A stretch of DNA of 36,887 nt, from IMG/VR virus record IMGVR_UViG_3300048599_000798, positions 1 to 36,887 of that record; one strand, given 5' to 3'. Origin of the DNA: a virus. Lineage: Duplodnaviria; Caudoviricetes. Numbering within the stretch: the first letter of the stretch is position 1; each line of letters opens with the position of its first letter. Under the pieces are notes generated by a model that did no database searches, was not told the origin of the DNA, and worked only from the letters and a program-made list of their open reading frames with translations. The translations under genes were made by a program, and so were the position numbers. Below are positions 1 to 8,151 of the stretch, in pieces.

Positions 1-414
1 TTAGAATTCATATATCCCTTCAATGTAAACCCCACTCGGTATTTCAGTTCGTTTCAAAGAACCGCTATAAACCGGATGGTTACACCATTGGGATAGTTTT
101 ATGGAAATGCTATCACCGAGGTTGAGCTGTATGTAAAATTCATAAAGTTGGCCATTTGGACTAAATGCCGGTACCGTCGAAAAATATGTTTCATACCCGT
201 TGGTAAAGGTTTTTTCGGTCGTTCCTAGTGCAAGCCAATTATTAAACCTATAATGAAGGTCTAATGTCCATACTTGACCGGGAAATTCATCTGCCAATTC
301 ATAACGGAATCCGGCATACCCGTGTATACCGTTTGTTTCTATGGCATAAACCGAACCGGTATAGATTAATAAAAGCGTTATTAAGCACATTGACAGCAAG
401 AAAAATTTCTTCAT
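1..414 (-). CDS. Secreted, small outer-membrane beta-barrel-like protein
   Basis: Sec signal MKKFFLL...SVYA; amphipathic aromatic-rich strands; C-terminal YEF; SD AAGGAGG upstream. Confidence 0.6.
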   Translation of the reverse strand: MKKFFLLSMCLITLLLIYTGSVYAIETNGIHGYAGFRYELADEFPGQVWTLDLHYRFNNWLALGTTEKTFTNGYETYFSTVPAFSPNGQLYEFYIQLNLGDSISIKLSQWCNHPVYSGSLKRTEIPSGVYIEGIYEF

Positions 415-450
415 AGGATATCCCTCCTTATTGTGAATTGTGGAGTATTA

Positions 451-495
451 TTCCTTGCCTCTATTAGGCTTGGAACCGGCTTTGCCGCCCTTACA
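451..495 (-). ncRNA. Degenerate twister-ribozyme-like motif
   Basis: UAA-GGGCGGCAAAGCC-GG-UUCCAAGC-CU...AGGAA resembles the twister P4/L4 core (GGUCCCAAGCC type); UUCC can pair with GGAA, but P2/P1 pairing and the catalytic GA are disrupted. Confidence 0.45.
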
Positions 496-566
496 TGCTT
501 ATAAAATATATAAATTTTTCAAGGAGCAATTTATATAAAAGGGGCGGCATTTTCCCCCTACGCCGA

Positions 567-630
567 CGGGTTCCCGCGACGCCCCAAAGGGCGTTTCGGC
601 CTGGTCCCGGCAGGCCATCGTCAGGTGGGT
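567..630 (-). ncRNA. Hammerhead ribozyme (type I, U inserted after A9)
   Basis: ACCCAC CUGACGA U GGCCUG-CCGGGAC-CAGGCC GAAA CGCCC-UUUG-GGGCG UC/GCGGG; predicted cleavage after GUC (578/577); loop II CGGG can pair with downstream CCCG. Confidence 0.85.
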
Positions 631-633
631 TAT

Positions 634-810
634 TTATTTCGTGTAAACGTTCAATCCCACTTTTACCGATTCCCGTCCTTCAACCGCCTGGTTGCCTTCC
701 GTGGTGGCAATTATCATTGTCTTGCCGCTGGCGCTCGGGCCAAAAGTCTTACTGAGGTCAACTGTCAGGGTCAAAATGTCTCCTTCTACCTTCATTGCTA
801 CGTTTTTCAT
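634..810 (-). CDS. 58-aa small protein (not in ORF track)
   Basis: MKNVAMKVEGDILTLTVDLSKTFGPSASGKTMIIATTEGNQAVEGRESVKVGLNVYTK; SD AGGAGG at 821-826; near-consensus promoter upstream. Confidence 0.85.
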   Translation of the reverse strand: MKNVAMKVEGDILTLTVDLSKTFGPSASGKTMIIATTEGNQAVEGRESVKVGLNVYTK

Positions 811-853
811 AATTTACATGCCTCCTAAATTTGAATATTAATATTCATTCCCT

Positions 854-933
854 ATAATCATTTTAAATGATTATTTTAATCATGTCAAGTAATTTATTTA
901 ATTATTGAAAGGCTTGAAGAACCATAGTAAAAT
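854..933. promoter_or_regulatory. Divergent sigma-A-type promoters with palindromic operator candidates
   Basis: Minus: TTGACA(888-883)-17-TAAAAT(865-860), overlapped by inverted repeats ATGATTA-N3-TAATCAT and ATAATCATTT-N-AAATGATTAT. Plus: TTGAAA(905-910)-17-TAAAAT(928-933). Confidence 0.75.
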
Positions 934-951
934 ACAATTGAGGTGTTTATC

Positions 952-1455
952 ATGGATATTGTTGAGTTAAAAAAGACTGTTGGCGGTAGATTGCAGGAGC
1001 TTCGAAACAGCAAAAAATTATCCCAATATCAACTTGCCGAGAATGTTAGTATTAATCAATCCAGCATTGCAGAATATGAACGCGGGAATCAATTACCCCC
1101 GGTAAACAATTTAATTATTTTTGCCAATATTTTTCATGTCAGCCTTGACTATCTCACTGGCCGGACCAACGATCCGGCTCTCCATCAAATGGCCGAATTT
1201 AACAAAGCGAATTTTCAAGGATGTTCGGAACGAGAGCTTAAATTTTTAAGCATCATGTTTTCCGCTGTAAATCAATTTCTTGATGATGATGAACCAAAAG
1301 CGGTTATCGAGACCTTAACGGCAATGGCTGACCGCGCCGAATTGTCGGATGAATTTAAAAATCTAGCTGTGATTTTATCGAAAATGGTTGTTGAGCGGTA
1401 TAAAAAAGAATTATTAGCCATGGAAGAAAAGATAAATGAGCTGGGGAAAAAGTAG
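952..1455 (+). CDS. XRE-family HTH transcriptional regulator
   Basis: RLQELR..LSQYQLAE..IAEYERG..VSLDYLTGRT; SD GAGGTG before ATG 952. Confidence 0.9.
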   Translation: MDIVELKKTVGGRLQELRNSKKLSQYQLAENVSINQSSIAEYERGNQLPPVNNLIIFANIFHVSLDYLTGRTNDPALHQMAEFNKANFQGCSERELKFLSIMFSAVNQFLDDDEPKAVIETLTAMADRAELSDEFKNLAVILSKMVVERYKKELLAMEEKINELGKK

Positions 1456-1490
1456 GGAGATATTTAGCAACCTAGAGTAGCATATTAAAT

Positions 1491-1530
1491 AAAAAACCGA
1501 GGTTATTAATCCTCGGCTTATCTTTTTATT
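1491..1530. terminator. Bidirectional intrinsic terminator
   Basis: CCGAGG-8 nt-CCTCGG flanked by A- and T-tracts, between convergent genes. Confidence 0.75.
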
Positions 1531-1548
1531 TATTTATCTTTTATTTGA

Positions 1549-1980
1549 TTATTCATGCCCATGATCGGGTCTTGGTGGTTGGGAAACGCCTAAATATTCC
1601 ATCAGAGCCGCTTGAAATACCTTAGAATAATTCACGCCTTGAGCTTCTGCCATCTCCTTTAACCATGCCGGTATCGTAAGATTTGTTTTAACCGCCCTAT
1701 TATCCAATTCATTCCTTACAAGATCAGGAAAAATTGTTACGGGAGATACTAAATATCCGGCGGTGGTTTCAGGATCTACCTGTGGTGTTTTAGATGGTAT
1801 AGGTATTTCGTCTCCGTCCTTTTCCATACCATATATATGCAGTTCTAATGCTTCAGTAGCCTGCTTTTGCGCTTTTTCAAAATCCTCTCCATAACTTATA
1901 CATCCTGGAATGTCAGGAAAATATACACTATACCCTGTTTTGGCCGGTTCAAATACAGCTAAATAGGTGAGTTTACGCAT
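1549..1980 (-). CDS. hicB: HicB-family antitoxin
   Basis: YSVYFPDIPGCISYGE..A.EAL N-domain; C-terminal VKTNLTIPAWL..GVNYSKVFQ DNA-binding domain; follows hicA. Confidence 0.95.
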   Translation of the reverse strand: MRKLTYLAVFEPAKTGYSVYFPDIPGCISYGEDFEKAQKQATEALELHIYGMEKDGDEIPIPSKTPQVDPETTAGYLVSPVTIFPDLVRNELDNRAVKTNLTIPAWLKEMAEAQGVNYSKVFQAALMEYLGVSQPPRPDHGHE

Positions 1981-2016
1981 AATCATCAATCTCCTTTCTT
2001 TGGGTCAAGCAGAGCT

Positions 2017-2205
2017 TTACTTTAACCCTGCTTGCTTTAGTATGCTATTAAGTGTACCGGGAGCAATGTCGCCTGTATGATTTGGCACTGTGACTTTACC
2101 GGGCTTAGTAGGGTGTTTCAGTTGAATATGAGATCCTTTGGTTCTCGCTTCGACCGGCATCCATCCATCTTCGTGTAAAATTTTTAATATCTCTCTTACT
2201 GTCAT
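2017..2205 (-). CDS. hicA: HicA-family mRNA interferase toxin
   Basis: KGSH..LKHPTKPGKVTVPNH..GTLNSILKQAGL. Confidence 0.95.
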   Translation of the reverse strand: MTVREILKILHEDGWMPVEARTKGSHIQLKHPTKPGKVTVPNHTGDIAPGTLNSILKQAGLK

Positions 2206-2229
2206 TTTTGCTCCCTCCTTACACTTAAT

Positions 2230-2287
2230 ATTATACGCCTAATCTATGCGTATGTAAAGAAAAATATACGTGTTTATTATGCGTATA
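2230..2287 (-). promoter_or_regulatory. hicAB promoter with two inverted-repeat operator candidates
   Basis: TTTACA(2258-2253)-17-TATAAT(2235-2230); IRs ATACGC-N9-GCGTAT (2233-2253) and TATACG-N11-CGTATA (2265-2287). Confidence 0.7.
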
Positions 2288-2375
2288 CTACCTAATTTTA
2301 CCATATCCAAGCTAAACTAGCTTATAGTGTGTAACTGCCAATAGCCGCGAAGGGTAAAATTGGCTAAAATTATTC

Positions 2376-3000
2376 TTAAAAACTGACTTCCATTCCAATC
2401 TTCAGGCGTCGATCATAATCCTGCTCATACCGGCCATAAGCAACCCAATTCCGCCAGAATTGAAAATCCTTTTGAATGTAGCCACCTATTCCAACTTCAT
2501 TGAAATTTGTTACTACACCCAGACCAATATGCCAAAGTTTTTTTGGTTGATCCGGAACGTCTATAGCCACTATCGTAGAATTCTGAAATTGGGTAGATAT
2601 ATCCAAATATTCCTGGCCGACTATGACCGTGGTTTCTCCAGTAAGCGGATGAACCCCTTCACCTATTTTCTGGCCGGAGAAATCCAAATAAATGGTTTTA
2701 ACCTCCCCGGTTGCTGGCGCCGTAAATTTATCCCCGACCGCCAAAGTTAAAACAGGTTTCAGCGCCGGTAAATCGTCCGGGATAGGGATAGGTTGCGGAG
2801 ATTGGTTTCACCGGTACCCGGCTGGTTAATTGTCCTGTTTTTTGCTCCTGGATAATAACATCGGCCTTTTTTTCTTCGGCCTTGGTCGGATTTTCAACCA
2901 CCTTCACAGGCTTCCCCGGGCCGGGCTTTGGCTGAAATCGGATAAATAAAAAAGTCGTAATCAATGCGCCGATTACGACCCCAATTAATATTTTTTTCAT
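2376..3000 (-). pseudogene. Spanin-position membrane protein split by a frameshift (track ORFs 2728-3000 and 2376-2744)
   Basis: Upstream ORF has an N-terminal TM. Downstream frame is open from 2807, has no SD and reads as a natural continuation (SPQPIPIPDDLPALKPVLTLAVGDK), ending in beta-strands and terminal Phe. Confidence 0.6.
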
Positions 3001-3019
3001 TATACAAAAGCCCTCCTTT

Positions 3020-3721
3020 TTAACCTAATAATATAAAGTCTTTGTTATCATAGGCCCGGATTCTCTGACTTACTTCATATCCTTCCGGGCTTCCATCATC
3101 ATTCGTGTTACCTTCAATAGCAACAAAATGATCCGATTGAGCCTCTATGACGATCCCGGTATGAACCCATTGACCCGGCTTCCGCACAAAAAAGAGCGCC
3201 CCGTTCAATTCTGTGGAATTATGATTTTTTATGTCAGTCCCAGGAAAATACATCCCCTTACTTTTTGCGCTTTCGGCCATTAAAGCGCATGATGGAGAAG
3301 TAGTAAAGGGAAGGGGTTTATTTAGGCTTTGGCATGCTTGCCGGAGTAAAAAACTAACAAAGCCCGCACACCAAGGCCATTCAGCGCCTTCTTTATCGTT
3401 CATATATAATCTTACCCAGGGGCCTTTATTCTGTCCTCCGACTTCTCGTGGGTGAAGTGATAAATGCAATCGGGCATATTCAACCATCATTTTACCTAAA
3501 GAATTTTCACCAACTCCGGGGGTAAGTATTTGTTGGGCCGATTTTAACGGAGATAATAAACATCCCATTGTCTCATCGGTTAATTCTCCAGTTGGGGGAA
3601 GATGTTGGGCCTTTTGAAAATTAATTAAGGCTTGTTTTGTAGCCGGTCCATATATCCCATCAATTATTACACTAAAGCCAGATAAACAAAGCCATTCTTG
3701 AGCTAATCTGACATTATTCAT
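3020..3721 (-). CDS. Endolysin: peptidoglycan-binding domain plus CHAP-type catalytic domain
   Basis: DGIYGPATKQALINFQK..TG (PG-binding); PWCAGFVS, HTGIV, IEGNT (CHAP Cys/His). Confidence 0.92.
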   Translation of the reverse strand: MNNVRLAQEWLCLSGFSVIIDGIYGPATKQALINFQKAQHLPPTGELTDETMGCLLSPLKSAQQILTPGVGENSLGKMMVEYARLHLSLHPREVGGQNKGPWVRLYMNDKEGAEWPWCAGFVSFLLRQACQSLNKPLPFTTSPSCALMAESAKSKGMYFPGTDIKNHNSTELNGALFFVRKPGQWVHTGIVIEAQSDHFVAIEGNTNDDGSPEGYEVSQRIRAYDNKDFILLG

Positions 3722-4193
3722 TGCTTGGACCTCCATCAAGATGATCAAGTTTTCCTTGAATTATCTTCATGATTCCGCTTAAAATTGGGATCTCCGCCCC
3801 ATGCAAAACAGCTATTTTTTGAATATTTTCCAGAATTGAATAGGCTTCAGTAAAGATAATCGAGCTTTCAATAATTCCCTGAATAAATGCCGCGAATTCT
3901 ATCCGGCTGCATTGGTAACCAATAATTAATAAAATGCCATAGATTGCCCATTTAACAAGTCCATGATATAATCGACGGCTTTCCGGCTTAATCGTTGGAT
4001 TCGCCCAAGCATGATAATAGCCGGTAATCATATCAAATAGACACAATGTAATAATTGCGCCATATGCCGCCCGGAATGCTTCACCAAATAGTGCATGAAG
4101 TATCCAAAGAAAAATCCCGGCCATGATTTTCCATGCCGGGAATTCCCCGAGACGCTTAAAAAAATGAACAATAACATCAAAATCCGAGTTCAA
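3714..4193 (-). CDS. Phage holin (holin 4 / toxin-secretion-lysis type)
   Basis: Several TM segments; D.ITG, S..L..GLVK and EAYSILEN motifs; directly upstream of endolysin; TTG start after AAGGCGGTGG. Confidence 0.88.
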   Translation of the reverse strand: MNSDFDVIVHFFKRLGEFPAWKIMAGIFLWILHALFGEAFRAAYGAIITLCLFDMITGYYHAWANPTIKPESRRLYHGLVKWAIYGILLIIGYQCSRIEFAAFIQGIIESSIIFTEAYSILENIQKIAVLHGAEIPILSGIMKIIQGKLDHLDGGPSNE

Positions 4194-4220
4194 ACAAACC
4201 ACCGCCTTTTGATTTTTTAA

Positions 4221-4250
4221 AAATAAAAAACCGCCATTTCGGCGGCTTTT
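4221..4250 (-). terminator. Intrinsic terminator-like hairpin between tail fibre and holin
   Basis: CCGCC-5 nt-GGCGG followed by a long U-tract on the minus strand. Confidence 0.7.
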
Positions 4251-4417
4251 ATGCATTAGTAAAAGTATTTCTATGTCGTATTACATAGATGGGAAGAGGT
4301 AAAAAGAATTTGTAAAGACAAATGCTTTAATTTTCATTACAGCATTGAGGTGATGAAATGAAAAACCCTCTTCCCAAAAATATTGTAACATTGATTAAAT
4401 GGAAAATAAAGTTAATA

Positions 4418-6025
4418 TTATTCAAAACTCGAATATAAATCCCGTTGATATATTTTAGCTGGATTATTGCTTGTCCCAAAATAAAGGTTTGCACCATCAG
4501 TCGTTAGAGCTTTGATATTACTGTCTATGCTTAATAAACTTACTCTTGCAAAGTTATTGGGATCGATCTTTACTACTCTCCCAGGGGTCATAGCAAAACA
4601 CGCATATAAAAATCTTCCATCATAACTCAAATCTTTAATACCTTGATCATTAGTATCAAGAGTTAAAGTTGTTCCAATCTGCGTCATAGTTGTAGGATTT
4701 AGTTTAACGATTTTTGTTGCCGATCCTAAATCCGGGCCAATAGCTATATATAAATAGGTCCCATCTGAAATGGCCTTTTGACCCGTATTTTCACCCGCAG
4801 CTGCCGTAAATGTGGTAACTTTAGCCATCGTAGAAAGATTTACTTTTATTACTTTAGCAGGATTACTAACCATAGGACATACAGCATAAGCAAAACTGTT
4901 TCCCATATATACTAAATCGTAGCATCCGTTTTCTCCCGTATCAAATGCAACATGTGATACTCTGGATAAATCTCCAGTCCCGTTAGGATTAATTTTTACT
5001 ATTCTACCAGGTTGTCTGTTACTTCCCACGTAAACATATGTACCATCTGTAATCATACTTGTAATGGCATCTTCATTCGGATCTGTTAAAGTTAAGGTAG
5101 CACCAACCTTGGTCATAGTATTTGGATTAAACTTGACAATACTAGCAGTTCCGTTGGTAATATAAAGATATGTTCCATCGGTAATTATTTTCTTTATTAA
5201 GCCAATGGTTGAGGATACACGAGAATCGATAGTCATATTTGATATATTAATTCTTATGAGGTAGCCAGTTTGTGTTCCGGCGTAAAGATAGTTATTATAA
5301 AACAAAAGCGTATTACACGTATTGTCATCGGTAAGAGTCATTGAATTTTTTTTAAGTTTCAATACAAGATCAGGCCAAACCGCTAACATCTTTACTTCAT
5401 CCGCTTGACTTTTTTTAGATAATAAAGCGTTTTGGGCTGTAGTAGCTAATGTTGCAGTCGCCGCATTACCAGTTATATCCTCTACTAAATCACCGTCTAC
5501 ATTTCTTGTAACATGAATTCCGGTATTATTGGTATGACTTATAATCTTTTGATCTTCTATGGCGATTTCCTGATCTACGTAAGACCTCGAAGCCAATACA
5601 ACAGCAGGATCAATCTTTAAGGTAACTGTTGAAACATTGGTAACTTCTAATATCATCCGGATATAAAGGTCTTTCCCTGAACCTTCGGCCAAAGTCGGTT
5701 TATAGGTCTCCGGATATTTTCCGATAGCGATCATATTCCCGGCGTCATCGAATACGCCAGCCTCACGAACAGTAAAACCGCCTTCAGTGGTAGGAATAAT
5801 CATTTCGATAACTATCCAGTTGGGATTAGTCTGATCAGTAATAATCCGGTTTATATTTCCCCGCCATTTTTCTCTTACAAGTGCTGTTTGGGCTTCTGTC
5901 GGCTCATAATATGCCCCGTTTCCATCCCCGACAGCCATTTGAGTTAAATTTACAGCGGTTCCTTGCACCTGAGCATTTGCAAGTTTAGCCTTACCTATGG
6001 CAGTTAAAATAGTATAAAAACTCAT
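4418..6025 (-). CDS. Tail fibre / receptor-binding protein with beta-propeller-like C-terminus
   Basis: P2 gpH-like collar N-terminus (ILTAIGKAKLANA..GGFTVREAGVFD..KIDPAVVLASR); repeated (T/S/Y)DGxYLY blades. Confidence 0.9.
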   Translation of the reverse strand: MSFYTILTAIGKAKLANAQVQGTAVNLTQMAVGDGNGAYYEPTEAQTALVREKWRGNINRIITDQTNPNWIVIEMIIPTTEGGFTVREAGVFDDAGNMIAIGKYPETYKPTLAEGSGKDLYIRMILEVTNVSTVTLKIDPAVVLASRSYVDQEIAIEDQKIISHTNNTGIHVTRNVDGDLVEDITGNAATATLATTAQNALLSKKSQADEVKMLAVWPDLVLKLKKNSMTLTDDNTCNTLLFYNNYLYAGTQTGYLIRINISNMTIDSRVSSTIGLIKKIITDGTYLYITNGTASIVKFNPNTMTKVGATLTLTDPNEDAITSMITDGTYVYVGSNRQPGRIVKINPNGTGDLSRVSHVAFDTGENGCYDLVYMGNSFAYAVCPMVSNPAKVIKVNLSTMAKVTTFTAAAGENTGQKAISDGTYLYIAIGPDLGSATKIVKLNPTTMTQIGTTLTLDTNDQGIKDLSYDGRFLYACFAMTPGRVVKIDPNNFARVSLLSIDSNIKALTTDGANLYFGTSNNPAKIYQRDLYSSFE

Positions 6026-6047
6026 GGACGTTACCACCTCTCATAAT

Positions 6048-6707
6048 TTATAATGGATAAATATCGACCGTTTCAACTGATTGATATCCGATCCCTGTAT
6101 ATCGATTGCCGACGCTCTCTATACCCGCAACATTCCAGGGATAAACCGTAATTTCTTCGCCAAGCATTACTCCGACAGCATAACAGGGAGTTTTTCCATG
6201 GACGGTTAAATAGATATTTAACCCGGTAAGCTTGGAACGAACATTCTTATGGAGATTAATCAGTTTATCCAATAAGGAATTAGTTTCAGCCGTCAGTCCC
6301 CGGTCACTAATCTCCAAAATTGCAATCCTAAACCGATATGGACTGTCCCCGTATTCAAACCATTCCTCAATTACTCCCCGCATTGATAATAGTTCAAAAA
6401 CCCGCAACAATGCTGCTTTTGTGCCGTTAATTTGATGAATTTGATCCGCTTCCTTAACAGCCTGGCGTCTATATTCGATAGGCATGGTTTGATCGTAAAA
6501 ATCAATATCAGATTCAACAGCCATTAAATCAAGTACATCTGAACGAACATTATCAACATCAGCATAAGTAATACAGTTTTTAATCGCCTGAAGCATTTGT
6601 GAAAATTCTTTGTCCATTACTTGGCTGGCTGCGATTATATCCGGATTGCTCCGAAGGTTCTCCGGCAGCAGTTCACAGAGAGTAACATCATATATTGTTT
6701 TACTCAT
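6048..6707 (-). CDS. Phage tail protein I (P2 gpI-like)
   Basis: GTKAAL..IEEWFEYG..PYRF..KNVRS motifs; follows baseplate J. Confidence 0.88.
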   Translation of the reverse strand: MSKTIYDVTLCELLPENLRSNPDIIAASQVMDKEFSQMLQAIKNCITYADVDNVRSDVLDLMAVESDIDFYDQTMPIEYRRQAVKEADQIHQINGTKAALLRVFELLSMRGVIEEWFEYGDSPYRFRIAILEISDRGLTAETNSLLDKLINLHKNVRSKLTGLNIYLTVHGKTPCYAVGVMLGEEITVYPWNVAGIESVGNRYTGIGYQSVETVDIYPL

Positions 6708-7848
6708 CTTCAAGGCCCCCATACTGAACCGTTGCATTGATTAATTTTGCCTGTTGTATTTTAGTCAATGCGGTAAATACCGGAGCGGTTATAACACATC
6801 TTTTCGCTCCCGCTTGCCTAATTCTGTGGTCCAATTCACCCGGGTCAATATCTCTCCCAATTTTCACCTTCTGCCATAATTTATAATCTTCAACAGCTTT
6901 ATTTACAGCGGTTTGAATGGTGGCAGCGATATTGCTATCCGAAGATTTAATATAATAAGTCAGGTTAATATCATAATTAACTTGATCCGCCGCCCCAGTT
7001 AATACTTTATCCGTTAAAGGTCTCCTATTATCGGCAGAAAGGTACTCTTTTAAGCCTGTAATCATCGAAGCTTCCGGGATTTCTCCATTTAATAAGGTGA
7101 ATCGAATATCAACCACGCCATCACTGGGGGAGGTAGGACTTACATCATCAATAGCCTGCGAATACTCCTTGGCGAAATAAATATAAGCATTTTCCGGGCC
7201 AGCAACACTAAAAGACTCGGGTTTCAAGAAAATTCTTTCCCGTAATGAATCATCACTTTCAATATCTGCCCCGCCCTGGCTTTTATCAATATTCTGAGTG
7301 CTTGCGATATAGGGAACTGGGTCTACTAAAATATTAATCTGTCCGGCCAGATACCCATTGCCAACCGCACCAATCGACATACAATTAACGGGAACATCAA
7401 TATAAGTTTCCCCAACTGGGATTTCAGCATAATCAGCCGTTTCAAAAAATACGTTATCGCCTGCGCTAACACGAATTCCCTTTGAAATGGGTACTACAAA
7501 TAACTGAGCAGCCGAAAGAAAAAATCTTTGAGTAGCCACCGCAGTGGATGCTGCAAGCCTGATTACTCCTTTTCCTGCGCCAAGATGGTCCAAAAAAGTA
7601 CCAGAGGAATATTTCAATAGGTTATATTTCGCAGACCGATCAATGAGCTGATATGCTGTGTATAGCTTTAAAGTCTGGGTATAAATCCAAATCCGAATCG
7701 GATCGCCGGCCGCCAATGTCTTATGTATGCCATTTTGTTGAAAATAAGCATCCTCATATCCGGAAACAGCTTCGGCCAACATGGTTTCAACGTCTTTATC
7801 CACAAAATTTATGTCAGGTAAATTATAAAGCTTTTGTATGTCACCCAT
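6700..7848 (-). CDS. Baseplate J/gp47-family protein
   Basis: GGADIESDDSLRERI..SVAGP..AY..RPLTDKV. Confidence 0.93.
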   Translation of the reverse strand: MGDIQKLYNLPDINFVDKDVETMLAEAVSGYEDAYFQQNGIHKTLAAGDPIRIWIYTQTLKLYTAYQLIDRSAKYNLLKYSSGTFLDHLGAGKGVIRLAASTAVATQRFFLSAAQLFVVPISKGIRVSAGDNVFFETADYAEIPVGETYIDVPVNCMSIGAVGNGYLAGQINILVDPVPYIASTQNIDKSQGGADIESDDSLRERIFLKPESFSVAGPENAYIYFAKEYSQAIDDVSPTSPSDGVVDIRFTLLNGEIPEASMITGLKEYLSADNRRPLTDKVLTGAADQVNYDINLTYYIKSSDSNIAATIQTAVNKAVEDYKLWQKVKIGRDIDPGELDHRIRQAGAKRCVITAPVFTALTKIQQAKLINATVQYGGLEDE

Positions 7849-8149
7849 TGAGACCTAACACCACCTTTGGAGTTAAACTGCCATTTAGAGCATCATCAGT
7901 AAATGTAACCTTCTCGATTTTTGCTCGTGGCTCGTATTTTCGAATTTTTTTGACGTATTCCATCGCCAATTTTGCTTTTGCCTGAACAATTGGCAAATCT
8001 AAAAAGCTCACATCAATGCCGAATTCCCGATCAAAGGGGACCGTTCCAATGGGAGTAGCGAATAGCGTTCTAACATTTTGAATAATTTCTTCATTCCCAG
8101 AGGCATTAAAATTTATTACAAGCTGCGTATTATCAATAATCACGCTCAT
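7841..8149 (-). CDS. Baseplate wedge protein (gpW/gp25 family)
   Basis: QNVRTLFATPIGTVPFDREFG..YEPRA. Confidence 0.9.
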   Translation of the reverse strand: MSVIIDNTQLVINFNASGNEEIIQNVRTLFATPIGTVPFDREFGIDVSFLDLPIVQAKAKLAMEYVKKIRKYEPRAKIEKVTFTDDALNGSLTPKVVLGLNG

Positions 8150-8151
8150 TT

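Noticed and set aside
495-828. Plus-strand ORFs 495-755 and 625-828
   Set aside because: Shadows of the minus-strand 58-aa gene and ribozyme; no convincing SD or protein-like composition
2376-2744. Classical Rz1/o-spanin
   Set aside because: No lipoprotein signal, no Cys and no SD before the TTG
4418-6025. Diversity-generating retroelement or invertible tail-fibre cassette
   Set aside because: No reverse transcriptase, invertase or duplicated template region seen in the window
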